Counted from the first letter of the whole stretch, positions 11,691 to 24,538 are shown. The stretch: DNA of 63,506 nt, filler included, from Octopus bimaculoides (GCF_001194135.2; 4 parts of 3 records of this genome joined end to end with filler, not necessarily neighbours in it), one strand, 5' to 3'. Notes: generated from the sequence alone by a model not told the origin. Numbers and translations: made by a program.

Positions 11691-12200
11691 CATGTGTCAC
11701 CCGCACATGAGCCAGTCCAGGGGCACCGGCAATGATCTCGCTCAAAAAACCTCATGTGTCACCCGCACAAGAGCCAGTCCAGGGGCACTGGCAATGGTCT
11801 CGCTTGAAAAATATCATGTGTCGCCCGCACATGAGCCAGTCCAGGGGCACTGGTAACGATCCTGCTCGAAAGNNNNNNNNNNNNNNNNNNNNNNNNNNNN
11901 NNNNNNNNNNNNNNNTGGCAACGATGTCGCTCGAAAGATTTCATGTGTCGCCCACACATGAGCCAGTCCAGGGGCACTGGCAACGATCCCGCTCGAAACA
12001 TTTCATGTGTCACCCGCACATGAGCCAGTCCAGGGGCACCGGCAATGATCTCGCTCAAAAAACCTCATGTGTCACCCGCACAAGAGCCAGTCCAGGGGCA
12101 CTGGCAATGGTCTCGCTTGAAAAATATCATGTGTCGCCCGCACATGAGCCAGTCCAGGGGCACTGGTAACGATCCTGCTCGAAAGATTTCATGTGTCGCC
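11691..12200. repeat. 62-bp minisatellite (about 8 units)
   Basis: Unit CATGTGTCRCCCGCACAWGAGCCAGTCCAGGGGCACYGGYAAYG... starts at 11691, 11753, 11815, 11942, 12004, 12066, 12128 and 12190 (partial); an N gap at 11873-11915 interrupts it. Confidence 0.95.
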
Positions 12201-13208
12201 CATATATATATATATATATGTGTGTGATGGGTTTCTTTCAGTTTCCGTCTACCAAATCCATTTTGAAGGGATTGGTTGGTGTGAGGCTATAGAAGACACT
12301 TTTTGTGCACAGTGCCATGCAATGAGACTGAACACAGAACCATGAGGTTGGGAAGCAAACTTATTACCACACAGCTACACCTGTGCTTAAATGATTGTCA
12401 CGGCTGGTGGTGGTGGGGATAGTTTTGATGGTGGTAAATATCTTCATGTCAGGTTGGTGGTAGGGATGATGAAGAGGATGATGATAATGATGACAACAAC
12501 AAGAACGAGGAGGAGGAAGAAGAGGTGGTGGAGGCGGATACTGCTGCTGCTTATGTTGATAATTTTGAGGATGGTGATTGTTATAAGTCATGTCACCATA
12601 CCAAGCAGCCACAACTAATTCCCAGATGACATTTCATTCCATGTCAAATGGCATAGTTATATCAGTCAATCCATGCAACTTGGTGCTAAGCTTACATAAC
12701 AGAATAAACAAGAAATTGTTTAGTTACAGACAATTTCATGCATAAATGACTATTTAGTGCTTTTACATGCATTTGTCTTATAGTTTATAACATCCATCGT
12801 TATAATCATTGTCGCCATTATTGTCATTTTATAACTATTTGCCATGCTGGCATGGGTTGGACATGTCTTAACAGTTCAATTCAGATCATATATGGAGTTA
12901 TTGCTCGCTTAGAGGAGTCAGAAGTCATGGCTCTCCCATATGTTACCTTTTGGCTTAGTTTCTGTAGTTGAATGCCCTTTAAATCATGAACCATCTTACA
13001 TAGTATACCTAATGCTGAGTATACCTAGTACAGAGTATACCTAATGTCAGACTAATGCAAGAGAAATCATCTTGTTCTAATCCTTAGCAAGGCCATGTTG
13101 TCTCCATTTGTTTGCTGGCACCAGAAGGGTTGTATCACTCCTTGCAAAACTAAAGAGAATCCTCTCTTACTTGCATTGGCTCCATCAATTCCATTCTTAC
13201 TAACACTG

Positions 13209-13588
13209 TTGGCACTCCGTCGCTTACGACGACTAGGGTTCCAGTTGATCTGATCAACGGAACAGCCTGCTCATGAAATTAATGTGCAAGTGGCTGAGCA
13301 CTCCACAGACACATGTACCCTTAACGTAGTTCTTGGGGATATTCAGCGTGACACAGTGTGACAAGGCTGACCCTTTCAATTACAGGCACAACAGAAACAG
13401 GAAGTAAGAGTGAGAGAAAGTTGTGGTGGAAGAGTACAGCAGAGTTCGCCACCATCCCCTGCCGGAGTCTCGTGGAGCTTTAGGCGTTTTCGCTCAATAA
13501 ACACTCACAACACTCGGTCTGGGAATCGAAACTGTGATCCTATGACCGCGAGTCCGCTGTCCTAACCACTGGGCCATTGCGCCTCCAC
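13209..13588 (-). mobile_element. tRNA-derived SINE family E, full length
   Basis: Minus strand begins GTGGAGGCGCAATGGCCCAGTGGTTAGG (A-box) ... GTTTCGATTCCC (B-box), followed by a non-tRNA body of about 300 bp. Confidence 0.85.
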
Positions 13589-15682
13589 TTACTAACACTA
13601 ATGAGTGGATAAACAGTTAGAGAAAGAAAGAGAGTGATGGAAGAAAGAATGATGTATGGTTCTTGTTTATCTTGTTAATATATATCAGAGGTTCTCAACC
13701 ATCTTTTACCTACGGACCCCTTTGATTACAATTCTATTCTGGTGGACCTCCATTGCCATTAGATTTATACATGCTTCTTTCAAAGTTCCTATTTTGTTTT
13801 TTAACCCTTAACTTGTGTATGTTGAACTATGTAAAATGTTAGAGAAAGAAACCCAGCTGTTTCTTGTGATAAATATATCTACTGCAAAATTTTTTCATGG
13901 ACCCATAAAATACTACAGTCGGCCCAGCTTGCTGTTTTGCTTGTGTGGACTCCCCAAAGTCTTATATGGACCCCCTGGGGTCATCATCATCATCATTTGA
14001 TGTCTGCCTTTCCGTGTTTGAATGGGTTGGAGTGAATTTGTTGAGCAAATTTTCAACAGCCAGGTGCCCTCACCTGTTTTCAAGCAAGGTAATATTTTTC
14101 CATGGCAAGACATATTTTTAATGGAAGACTGGAAACAAACAACATGCTCATTTACAACCAATGCATGATGTCAAGACAAGGGTAGACACACACATACACA
14201 CACACATATGCAAACACACAAACACAAATACACATGCACACACACACACATGTACATACACACACGCGCGCATGCGCACACACATGCATGCATAAAAAGA
14301 CAAACACGCACACATGATGGGCTTCTTTCAGTTCCCTTCAACCAAATCCACTCGAAAGGCTCTGATCAGCCTGGGGCTATAGTGGAAAAAACTTGTCCAA
14401 TGTGCTGCACAGTGAGACTGAACCCAAGACCACATGGTTGGGAAGCAAGCTCCTATACCACACAGCTACATCATATTGTAAATAAAAAATCTGCCACCAC
14501 AACTATATTTTTGACTGATGAAAATTGTGCCACGGGGCTCTAGTATATTGACTTCTACAGATAATTGCTTTACCAAATTCAACAATAGTTTCACTGGAAA
14601 CTATCAAATACTTCACCAATCACAACCAGGAATTAGTTTTCCTAACAGTGCAGGAACTAATCCCATCTGATACCCATTTCAACCTTCTTCCACTAACCTT
14701 ATAATCACATCATGTTTTTGGTCCATACATGTCCTCCTGCAAGTCCAAATATCCAAAAATCTCAGCCATTCTGCTGAGATTCTTTTCAGATACCTCTGCA
14801 AACTGATGTTAATGTTTATTCTTGCAATAAGCTAGCAGAGTCATTAGTGCATTGGACAAGAAACTTGTTTCCCAACCACATAACTCGAAGTTCAATCCCA
14901 CTGTGTGACATTGCATGTGTGTCTTCTTCAAAGCCTTGAGCAACCAATGCCTTGTGAGTGGATTTGGTAGGCAGAAACTGAAGGAAAGCCATTGTATAAG
15001 TGTGTGTGTGTGTGTGCACACACATGCATGCATGTGTAATGATGATTGTTCATTTAAAAAATGTATGCCAAACTTAGATTAGTAGTATGGGTATGTTTAT
15101 AGTGGTATATATATATATATATTAATTCTGCCTTGTTCATTAGTCCACTCTACTGAGAACCAATGGCATTTGGAATTTAACCCTGCAACAGACTAGCATA
15201 CAGTTTAGAGAGAAGTTTTTTACAGTCAGCTGCTTAAACTCAATAAAAACTGGATAAGCTTTGACCAAATGAGCTTCTAGGCTCAAGAAAGACTCTTAAC
15301 CTCTTGACCCTTAAGTACATTGCTTTAACTCCTACAGGTACTTCTTTTTTCTGCTCAAAATATGACTAGTGGAAACCAGCTAACACCTTACAAAGCCAAT
15401 ACCACTGAATATTTTTTTTCAAAAATATTTTTGTAAAATTCTGTCACTAATATTTCACTCCACTATCTCAGATTTTATCCTCTTTCTTTACATCCTTACA
15501 AATGTTCCGACTCCATTTAAAGATAGTTTACTCTTTTCTTTTGTCCCTTTATTTTGGCTCTCAAATGCCCTAGTGCCAGCTAAGAATAATACAAATCTCT
15601 CAGTTCAATATTGCATGGCTTTATAGACACTGCCTGTAAGGCAATAATTACCCTTCACCAACATGAGAGAGCCAAGCATATA

Positions 15683-16470
15683 TACAGGATGTTTGGGATG
15701 AAAAATTTTTTATGTCTCCTTTTTTCAAGAATAGCTTGATATATTGGTGAACAGTCAACAGCATTGGTGAGCATAAAAATTAAAGTTGTAGTTGAGAAAA
15801 AGTTTGCTGATATGCAGTACTGGAAGCCATCTGAATATATAAAAAGAGTTACCTGTATCATGATGATTCGTTCCAAAACGTTGGCATCATGACTACTGCT
15901 CAATGCTCTTTGAATATTGTAAAGGCTGTAAGATATGACATATCAGAGAAAATCAAGTTCCCCTAAACGTCCCCAGTGACATAATGCTGTCTCACATCAT
16001 TAAACAGAGTTTTAGGCTCAACTCAGATGACTATATGGAAACTGCTGGAGACTGTAGTCAAACTCTAACTGGAGAGGGTTGCTGCTAGAAGGCTGTGTGT
16101 GGCTGTAGGGTTTAGCTCCTTGCCATACCTCCAGAAAGAGTCAGAAATGGTTGGCGGAGAATTCCCACGACTGCACCAGACCCGATTTCTGGCCTCTTAA
16201 TTCCCCTGATTGTAATCCTATGGATTACTATGTGTGGTGCACAGTTGAGAAAGATATCAACCACTCTGCCTGTGACACCAAGGCCAAGCTGTTTGCCAAA
16301 GATCAAGGAGGTATTCAAAGATCTTCCCAGGGAAACAGTGACATATGCATGTACCAGTTTCTTGAGCCATCTTGAATCCATGGTGGAAGTTGAGGGTTGC
16401 TACTTTATGTAAGCTGTTATTTTCCAATCATAATCTAGTTGAAATTTTTTGATATTCCAAAATACTTTTA
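15683..16470 (+). mobile_element. Tc1/mariner (maT/DD37D-like) transposon relic
   Basis: TACAGGATGT terminus; broken frames ...RLNSDDYME/LLETVVK...APCHTSRKSQKWLAEN...DFWPLNSPDCNPMDYYVW...LPRETVTYAC...LESMVEVEGCY. Confidence 0.85.
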
Positions 16471-17651
16471 TTTTTGGATGGGAATACTAAGTTGTTGGCA
16501 TTTGGAAGGGTATCCAGCTGTAAAAGTCATGCCAAAACTGAACTCGCCTATGCTAGTGCCATGTAAAAAGCACTGAGTCCACTCTGCAGAGTGGTTGGTG
16601 TTAGGAAGGGCATCCAACCATAAAAATCCTGCCAAAACAGACATAGTAGCCTGGTGCAGCCTTCTACCTGGTTAGCTCCTGTCAACCATCCTACCCATGC
16701 ATGCATGAGAGATGGCTGTTAAACGATGATATTGTGTTTTCTTTTCCTTTTGTGAAAACTGTCAAATTTAGCACTGACACCCTGTAACCAGTATCCAAGA
16801 CAACAGAACTCACAGTTTGATGAAGGAAATCAGTGACAAACTTTGTCAACCTTTCTCTTTCAAAAATATATTTTATACTCCATTTAAATGTAGTAAGTGT
16901 TCTTTCAGTTTATGCTGGATGTTTTTTTTTTAAATGCATAATTATACAAAGAAAAATACATATAAATATTCTTTTCTATTCTAGGCACAAGGCCTGAAAT
17001 TTTGGGGGAGGGGGCCAGTCGATTAGATAAATTAAGTATGTAACTGGTACTTAATTTATCAACCCCAAAAGGATGAAAGGTAAAGTCGATTTCGGTGGAA
17101 TAAAGAAAAATGCATGTTAATATATTAATATATGATGTAAATTCATGATATGATGTGCTCAAATCCTAATCCATTTGTATCACCTTTTTTTGTCTTTTTG
17201 AGAACTAATTTCCAAATATCTTTTATATTATCTTGACCTAACAGCTACCAGTTGACATTCTGAAGCAGAGAGATAAAGTAGTTTTCGTTACAGCACTTCA
17301 TCTCACGACCACCGAGTTAACATGGATGTACAGTACATAGGAAATTGGAACTAATTATCCCCGCTCTTCCCTATATTTAAGGAAACATCTGTGTAATATC
17401 ATTAGTTATATATCAATTGAACAAATAGCTCATGTGATATTCTTAAATCTGATTCTGAAATTATATATTTATTTGTCGAAAATCCCTTAAATGGACGATC
17501 ATAAGCCAAATACCCTAAGCACTAAGCCACTTGCCTTCACATGACTTATTGCAGTGGTGGTGAAAGTGATGATGGTTATAATGATAATAATGATAACGAT
17601 AAAAAGGCATTGATTTAAAATGGAATTAGGTACATCTGGGATAACAAACAA

Positions 17652-17881
17652 TTAAACCTTTCATTACCGTATTTATTTTGAGATGCTCTGTGTTTCTTTC
17701 AATTGATTTTAAATATAACAAAGAATTTAGTAAAACAACTTAGTTACCATTAAGCTAGCATTAGGAACATAAACTGTAACTAAGGTTTGGTGGGAGATTT
17801 TTATTCAGCACTTATGAAAACAAGACATTTATACTACAGAGCCAGAGGCAGTTTCAGCTGGGTTGGTATCAAAAGAGTTAA
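17652..17881. mobile_element. TTAA-flanked non-autonomous DNA element (piggyBac-like MITE)
   Basis: TTAA at 17652-17655 and 17878-17881 with imperfect terminal inverted repeats (ACCTTTCATTACC ... GGTATCAAAAGAG). Confidence 0.55.
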
Positions 17882-18808
17882 TGAAGCATTGAATTTCAGC
17901 AATGAGCAGCAAATCAGTAAGCCCGGTAGACACTTTTGTGCAATGTGGTAATGAATATTGAAATTAGTTGCAATGAAACAAAATTTGAAAAGTATTTGTT
18001 CTCGGGTGCAGGCATGGCTGTGTAGTAAGAAGCTTGCTTCCAAACTACATGGTTCCAGACTCAGTCCCACTGTTTGGCACCTTGTGCATGCATCTTCTAC
18101 TATAGCCTCAGGCTGACCAAAGTTTTGTCAGTGAAAGAAACCCGTTGTATATCACACCGAAATATATGTCACCAGTCCTCAGTCAAATCGTCCAACCCAT
18201 GCTAGCATGGAAAGCGGACGTTAAACGACGATGATGATGATATATATATATATATAGTGTTTGTGTGTGTGAGGTTGTGTGTTTGTGTGTGTGAGGTTGT
18301 GTGTGCATGTGTGTGTCTTTGTATCTGTTTGTTCTTCACCACTGTTTGACAACCGGTGTTGATGTATTTACATCCCTATAGCTTAGCAGTTTGGCAAAAG
18401 AACCAGACTTAAGAAATGAATAAGTACTGAAGGTGATTCATTTGGCTAAAAATTCTTCAAGGCAGTGCCCCAGCATGGCTGCACTCAGATGACTGAAACT
18501 AGGGAAAGAAGAAAAAGATAGGACTTTGGACTAAAAACATTTGGGTTGAAGTGTAGGCACAAGACATGATTATATGTAAGAAAAGATGCTTTGAGATACT
18601 TCTTCTGGCTCTTTATATTCAGAGTTCAAATCTCACCAGTCAGGGTGAACTACTGTGGGAAATTTCTAATACCTTGTTAGATTTCTTCCCTGTCCTCTCT
18701 CTCTCTCTTTCTCTCTCTCTTAGGTATATTTTATTATAATTTGTCCCAACCATCTTTCACAACACTGGGAGAAAATTTACTTCAAAATCTATTTGGTTTC
18801 TTGGTTCT

Positions 18809-19040
18809 TATTTCTTTATTGCCTACAAGGGGCTAAACATAGAGGGAACAAACAAGGACAGACAAATGGGTTAAGTCGATTACATCGACCCCAGTGCGTA
18901 ACTGGTACTTAAATTTATCGACCCCGAAAGGATGAAAGGCAAAGTCGACTTCGGCGGAATTTGAACTCAGAATGTAACGGCAGACGAAATACCGCTAAGC
19001 ATTTCACCCAGCATGCTAACGTTTCTGCCAGGTCACCGCC
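18809..19040 (-). mobile_element. SINE family A, full length with perfect 12-bp TSD
   Basis: TTTCTTGGTTCT at 18797-18808 and 19041-19052. Confidence 0.92.
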
Positions 19041-19969
19041 TTTCTTGGTTCTATGATATTCTGATAATGGTGTCAATGGTGGTGGTAGTGGTGGTGGTAA
19101 TGGGATGATGATGACGTTAATCATGATGATGAGGAGGCAGAGGGGGAGGGGTACCCCACAATCTTTGGGTGTCTTTGAATTTTCAAAAGATTTGTTTTCA
19201 CTTACAATATGAAAGTTGAGAGAACCTGCTAAATCTTGCTTGTTTTCACTTGTTTATGCCAAAAAGGAAATATGTCAACATGTCAAAGTGACAAAATCTG
19301 AAATTGTTGAATGTCGAATATAGAAATACTTGCAATTTGCCGAGGCCATCACATTGTATGGTAGTATATATGTTGCTATATGTTGCATATTTTGTCAAAC
19401 AGCTACAGCAGAATAATAATTAATGATTTTGATTATGTCTGTCAAGGTTAGAACATAAAAAATGGTGGTTATAACTTTATGTTGAATCCATTTCATATGG
19501 TAAATAATCCATTTATTAAACATTCTCTAATCCATCAATTATGGTAAATAATGCAATGTCTGAAAGCTGTGTTTAACAGTGGAGACAAACTGTTGCATGT
19601 GGTTTATCATTTCTAGATGTTAACATAATTTTATTGTATTTCAAGAGAAAGGAGGATATATAGGAGACTGCTTTTCTTTTTATTGATCGGCTTTTGTCAG
19701 TACGGATGAATTATGTGGTTGTTGTTTTAGTAGAAATTGTTTAGTCTCAAACAACTCTAACCAAGCTGACCTATTATCAAAGGCATTCCAGCTTTGACCA
19801 TCCTGTCTTTTTAAAGTAGCTTGAATCAAATAAGATAATATGTGTGGTTCACTTTTATAAAATCAAGGGATAAAATATAAGGGAAATTTGGTTGATATTT
19901 CTTGCCATTTGTTGATGCTTGTAGATGCTTGTCTTGTTGTTAGTTTATATTTATATTATGATTCTGCAT

Positions 19970-20089
19970 GCTTTTGGCCAAATCATGTTAAATGCATTGA
20001 TTCTTGACTAATCACCAAAGTTAAGCAATGTCGAGCCTAGTTAGTACTTAGATGGGTGACTGCTTGGGAAAACTGGGGGCTGTAAGCAT
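19970..20089 (+). pseudogene. Full-length 5S rRNA pseudogene
   Basis: 120 nt colinear with metazoan 5S (GCTT..GGCCA...AAGTTAAGCAA.GTCGAGCC..GTTAGTACTT.GATGGGTGAC.GC.TGGGAA.AC.GGG.GCTGTAAGC). Many substitutions, mostly C>T/G>A at CpG; T-run at 20095-20099. Confidence 0.9.
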
Positions 20090-21084
20090 CTCACTTTTTA
20101 AGGTGGTGAGCTGGCAGAATCGTTAGCACACCAGGCAAAATGCCCAGTGGTATTTTGTTCATCTTTACATTCTGAGTTCAATTGCCACCGGATCACCTTC
20201 ACCTTTCATCCTTTCAGGGTCAGTAAATAAGTACCAGCTGAACATTGGAGCTGATGTAATCAACTTAGCTCTTCCTCTTAAATTGCTAGCCCTGAGCCAA
20301 AATTTGAAACCAATATTATGATTCAGTACAACTGGTTAGAACAGGAGACAAATATATTACAGCTCTTGCTGCAGTTGTTGTCGTTGCTGTTGTCTTTATT
20401 TATGTACATCATTTTACATTTTGAGTTCAGTCTTGTCAAAGTTGACTTTGTCTTTCATCTTTCCAAAGTCAATAAAATATGTACCATTGAAATACTGAAG
20501 TGTGCGTGTAGTGAGGTTTTGATATAATATATTGGCCTTTCCAAAACTGCTAGCTTTATGCTTCTATTAGAAATTATTGAGTGTGGTGGGCTGGCAGAAT
20601 TGTCTAAGTTTTGAAAACAAAACCTTTTGGTTTCTGTGGATTCAAATCTTGTCAAGGTCAACTTTTTTCATTCTTACTTGGTCAATAAAATAAAGTAGAG
20701 GTTTATATAATTAATTATCACTGTTGATTTTTCCCCTCCTGCCAAATTTCTGGGCTTTTGTTTATGTTAGAAATAGGTATTTTGGGGACAGTGGATGAGT
20801 GGAATCATTAAATGTTGAAAAAAATGCTTTGGGATGCTTGTTTTGGCTATAAGATGCATTCCATAAGTTTGAGACATGTTAGGAGAGGTAGTTATACCTA
20901 TCCTGAATTATTGTAATTTTAATATATCATTACTATACATCAAATAAGTTGACCTGCCAACTTTTGCTATCCCAGATTGAAGGAAATGGCTGTAACAGCT
21001 CTTTGAACACATTCTACTAAACACTACTTGTCACAGCTGACTAGTTTATAGAATGTAGTCTGGATGTGAAGACAATTTGGAAGC

Positions 21085-21765
21085 TCACTGGGCAACAAAA
21101 TTTTGTGTTAAACAAGGCAAAAAAACTACAGTAATTAATGAAATACTCCATAGAGCTTATGGATTAATTTTTTTTTTTTTTTGGTTTTTGCTGGCACAAG
21201 AGGTTTAAGGACAGTAGAGAGGAGGTGAGAACTGATGAGAAGTGTAGAAGGGAGTGTAACATCAAAACGTCAGAGCTATTTGATAAAATTTGCAATTTTG
21301 TGGATGAAGATCATCACATATCTATAAAGACAATAAGCTTACAACTTAGAGTTGGTGTGGTAACTGTGCACAGAATTATTCATGAAGTTCTGATCATGTC
21401 CAACATTTGTACAAAGTTTGTTCCCACAGTGCTCAATGAAAAGCATCCTGGTAACCAACTACTTGACAGAGATGGGCATCAAAACTGTATCTTACTCTCC
21501 CTACAGTCCAGATTTTGCTCCTTGTGACTTTTGGTTGTTTTCTAATGTGAAGAAGAACTGCAGGAGCAGTCATTTTGAAGATGAGGGAGGTTGTGGTAAG
21601 GGTCCTAGATGCCTTAGCTTTGGAGGACTTTTATGGGGCCTTCACGAAGAGACTGGAGCACTACAAGAGCATGACAATCAGAGGACCTTACTTTGAAGGA
21701 GATTATAGTTTTGCACTTCTTTGAAATTAATAAATGTCTCTCCAGAAAAAGTCTGAAAACTTCTG
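21085..21765 (+). mobile_element. Mariner relic with internal deletion
   Basis: ...VDEDHHISIKTIS...VHRIIHEVL.MSNICTKFVP joined to GIKTVSYSPYSPDFAPCDFWLF; partial right end ...AAAAAGTCTGAAAACTT. Confidence 0.85.
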
Positions 21766-22150
21766 AGTTCAAATCTTTCCAAGGTCAACTTTGCCTTTCA
21801 TCCTGTTTTTTTTTTATCCTGGTTTTGTACCTATATTGGAAACAATTATAATTCTTAGTGAGCTGCCAGAATTGTTATAGCATCCAAAAATTGTTTTATG
21901 TAATTTATTTTGACTTTTTACATCCTGGATTCAACTCTTTCCAAGGCCAATTTAGCTTTCATCCTCTCACGGCAAAGGAGATAGAAAATCTTCCTATAGA
22001 AAATTGGTGTCAATAGTATCAACTAGTCCCCTCCACTCAAAAATGTTGGCCTTGTTCCTAAATGATAAGCCATTATTATTATTAGTAATAAGGTTGTTAG
22101 CTGGCAGAACCATTAGCATGTTGGGCAAAATGCTTAGCACCGTTTTGTTT

Positions 22151-22460
22151 TAGAAATAATACATTTCTAAATCTCTCAGAGAGATTTATGCAGTAGTGAT
22201 ACGATGAAGTAGTTGTATGCTGTCAACTTAATGTGACAGTCCCCTGAAGGGAATAATACTACTGTTGGTTAGACCTAGGAAGCTGCCCTGCTTCCTGTCG
22301 GCCTTGACACATTTTCTGTGTCCTTATGTTTACAAGGGGGAGACATAAGGAAATGTGTCAAGGCCGACAGGAAGAGGTGCAGCTTCCTAGGTCTAACCAA
22401 CAGTAGTATTATTCCCTTCAGGGAACTGTCACATTAAGTTGACAGCATACAACTACTTCA
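22151..22460. mobile_element. Fold-back element A inserted into a SINE
   Basis: Inverted arms of about 110 bp (22205-22314 / 22351-22460); flanking CCGTTTTGTTT / CCATTTTGTTT near-duplication. Confidence 0.8.
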
Positions 22461-22638
22461 CCATTTTGTTTGTCTTTATGTTCTGAGTTTAACTTCCACC
22501 AAGGTTAACTTTTCCTTTTATCCTTTTGGGCTTGATAAAATAAGTATCAGTTCAGTTCTGAGGTTGATGTAATTGGCTTACCCATTCCCGCAAAATTGCT
22601 GACCTTGTGCTGAAATTTAAAACCATTATTATTATTGC

Positions 22639-22669
<31 letters not shown>

Positions 22670-23043
22670 GTTCAGTAGTTTTATTTTAATAACGTGCTTT
22701 CACTTCACTACCGAGCGCAGCTCTGTGTGCCTTGGGTATGTGCTGTGGTTTGCAGCAAACCACAACACATTATTATTATTATTATTATTATTATTATCGT
22801 TATTATTATCATTATTGTTGTTGTTGTTATTATTAGTGAGTTGGTAGAATCATTAGCACTCCGGGCAAAATGCTTAGTGGTATTTTGTCCATCTTTACAT
22901 TCCGAGTTCAAATTCTGCTGAGGTCAACTCTGCCTTTCATCCTTTTGGGGTCAATAAAAACAAGTACCAGTTTGAACACTGGAGTCAATGTAACTGACTT
23001 ACCTCATTCTCTGAACTTGCTGGCCTTGTACCAAAATTTGAAA

Positions 23044-23099
<56 letters not shown>

Positions 23100-24538
23100 T
23101 CTCACTGTGTAACACACTGGGCAAGTGCTTTTTATTAGGTTGGCCAAAATGTTCATTTGACTTTTTAAGCAAAAATAAGACACAAGTTTTAAACATAAAG
23201 TAATTTGTTCAATCAATGATATAATTGCTGTTTCATTCCAATATGTTCTGCCATCTTATGGGCAGAGCCATTATTCCCTGCTAGTTAACTGTGACCCTGC
23301 CAGCGCTGGTGCCACTTAAACGGCATCCAATCTACATTGTAAAGTGGTTGGCATTTAGAAGGGCATCTAACTGTAAAAACCATGCCAAAACTGAACTCGC
23401 CTGTGCTGGTGCCATGTAAAAAGCATTCAGCCCACCCTGCAGGGTGGTTGATGTTAGGAAGGGCATCCAGCCATAAAAAAAGACACAGAAGTATGGTGCA
23501 GGCTTCTGTTTGGCCAGCTCCTGTCAAACCATTCAACCCATGCCAGCATGGAAGGAAGAGGTTAAATGATGATTATTGATGATGAACTGTGCTTCTGGAA
23601 TTTGTTAAATGAATAATTTTTTTTTTATAAAACGAAATTTTGCAGAAATATTGACATGATTTGAAAAAGAAAAGACAAAATAAAATAAAAATATATTTGT
23701 TGATATGGTTTTTGATGTTACAGACCTTAGACTATACTTACATAATCCCTGCTATTTCTGGCATGCTAAATGACTATGTAGGTGGGCTACCTTTGAGTTT
23801 ATTTAAAAGAGAGATTAAGACTGTGATGAAATAATGAAAGAAATATTTACTGAGCAAATAATTACTGTTATAAGAATAAAGGATACAAAGGAAGATTGGA
23901 TGTAACATCAGAAAAATTACTCATATTGGGAATCAATAGGTAAATACTGACTTCAAATTTTGGTACAAGGCCAGGAATTTCAGGGGAGGGGACTAGTTGA
24001 TCATATCAACCCTAGTGTTCAACTGGTACTTATTTTATTGACCTCTAAAAGGATAAAAGGCAAAGTTGACCTTGGTGGAATTTGAACTCAGAAAGTATAG
24101 AAAGATGAAATACTGCTAAGCATTTTGCCCAATGTATTAATAATTTGGCCAGATCACTACCGTAAAATGTGTAATTATTATTAACCAACTAGCAGAAAAC
24201 TGCCTAGAGGTAGGTCTTTTTGCTGGTATATCTATAGTTTACTTTTGAGATATCTCTGTTTAAAATTACATGACCATTAATATCTTTTTGTGGGGAAGCA
24301 ACAAGGGAAGAAATCATTTAACCTATATTGACAACTTGCTTCAGAACAGTGGAATGCCAAATGTTGATGAATTAAATATATGCATGGGGGAACCATGATG
24401 CATGGCATACTCATGTGAAATCACTGAAGTGTTCAGGACGACCAAACTAACAAACGGACTAATAGCTTTTGGGAGAATGATTGTGAAATAAATATTGACT
24501 ATCCTGAAGTATTTTATAATTTTGGTATGTCATTGTAG

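Larger units (their letters stand above)
20100..23045 (+). mobile_element. Cluster of about seven CpG-decayed SINE family A copies or fragments, all on +
   Basis: Copies at about 20100, 20395, 20583, 21762, 21858, 22092 (interrupted) and 22836. Confidence 0.8.

Noticed and set aside
11691-12200. Minisatellite as a CRISPR array or tandem hammerhead (GCTCGAAAC...GTC)
   Set aside because: There are no unique spacers and the context is eukaryotic. The would-be hammerhead core reads CACATGA rather than CUGANGA, and stem II does not abut GAAA.
12452-12630. Acidic ORF (DDEEDDD...EEEEEE) as the missing upstream acidic CFAP44 exon
   Set aside because: It is a degenerate GAT/GAG/GGT low-complexity tract, lacks the expected CP..CD end and a phase-0 donor, and ends in a stop.
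13515-13588. tRNA gene on the minus strand
   Set aside because: A and B boxes are present, but it continues into a SINE body with no proper acceptor stem or terminator; it is a SINE head.
22205-22460. Hammerhead ribozyme within fold-back elements A or B
   Set aside because: CTGAAGG and CTAAAGG do not match CUGANGA, and no correctly placed stem II-GAAA follows in either orientation.
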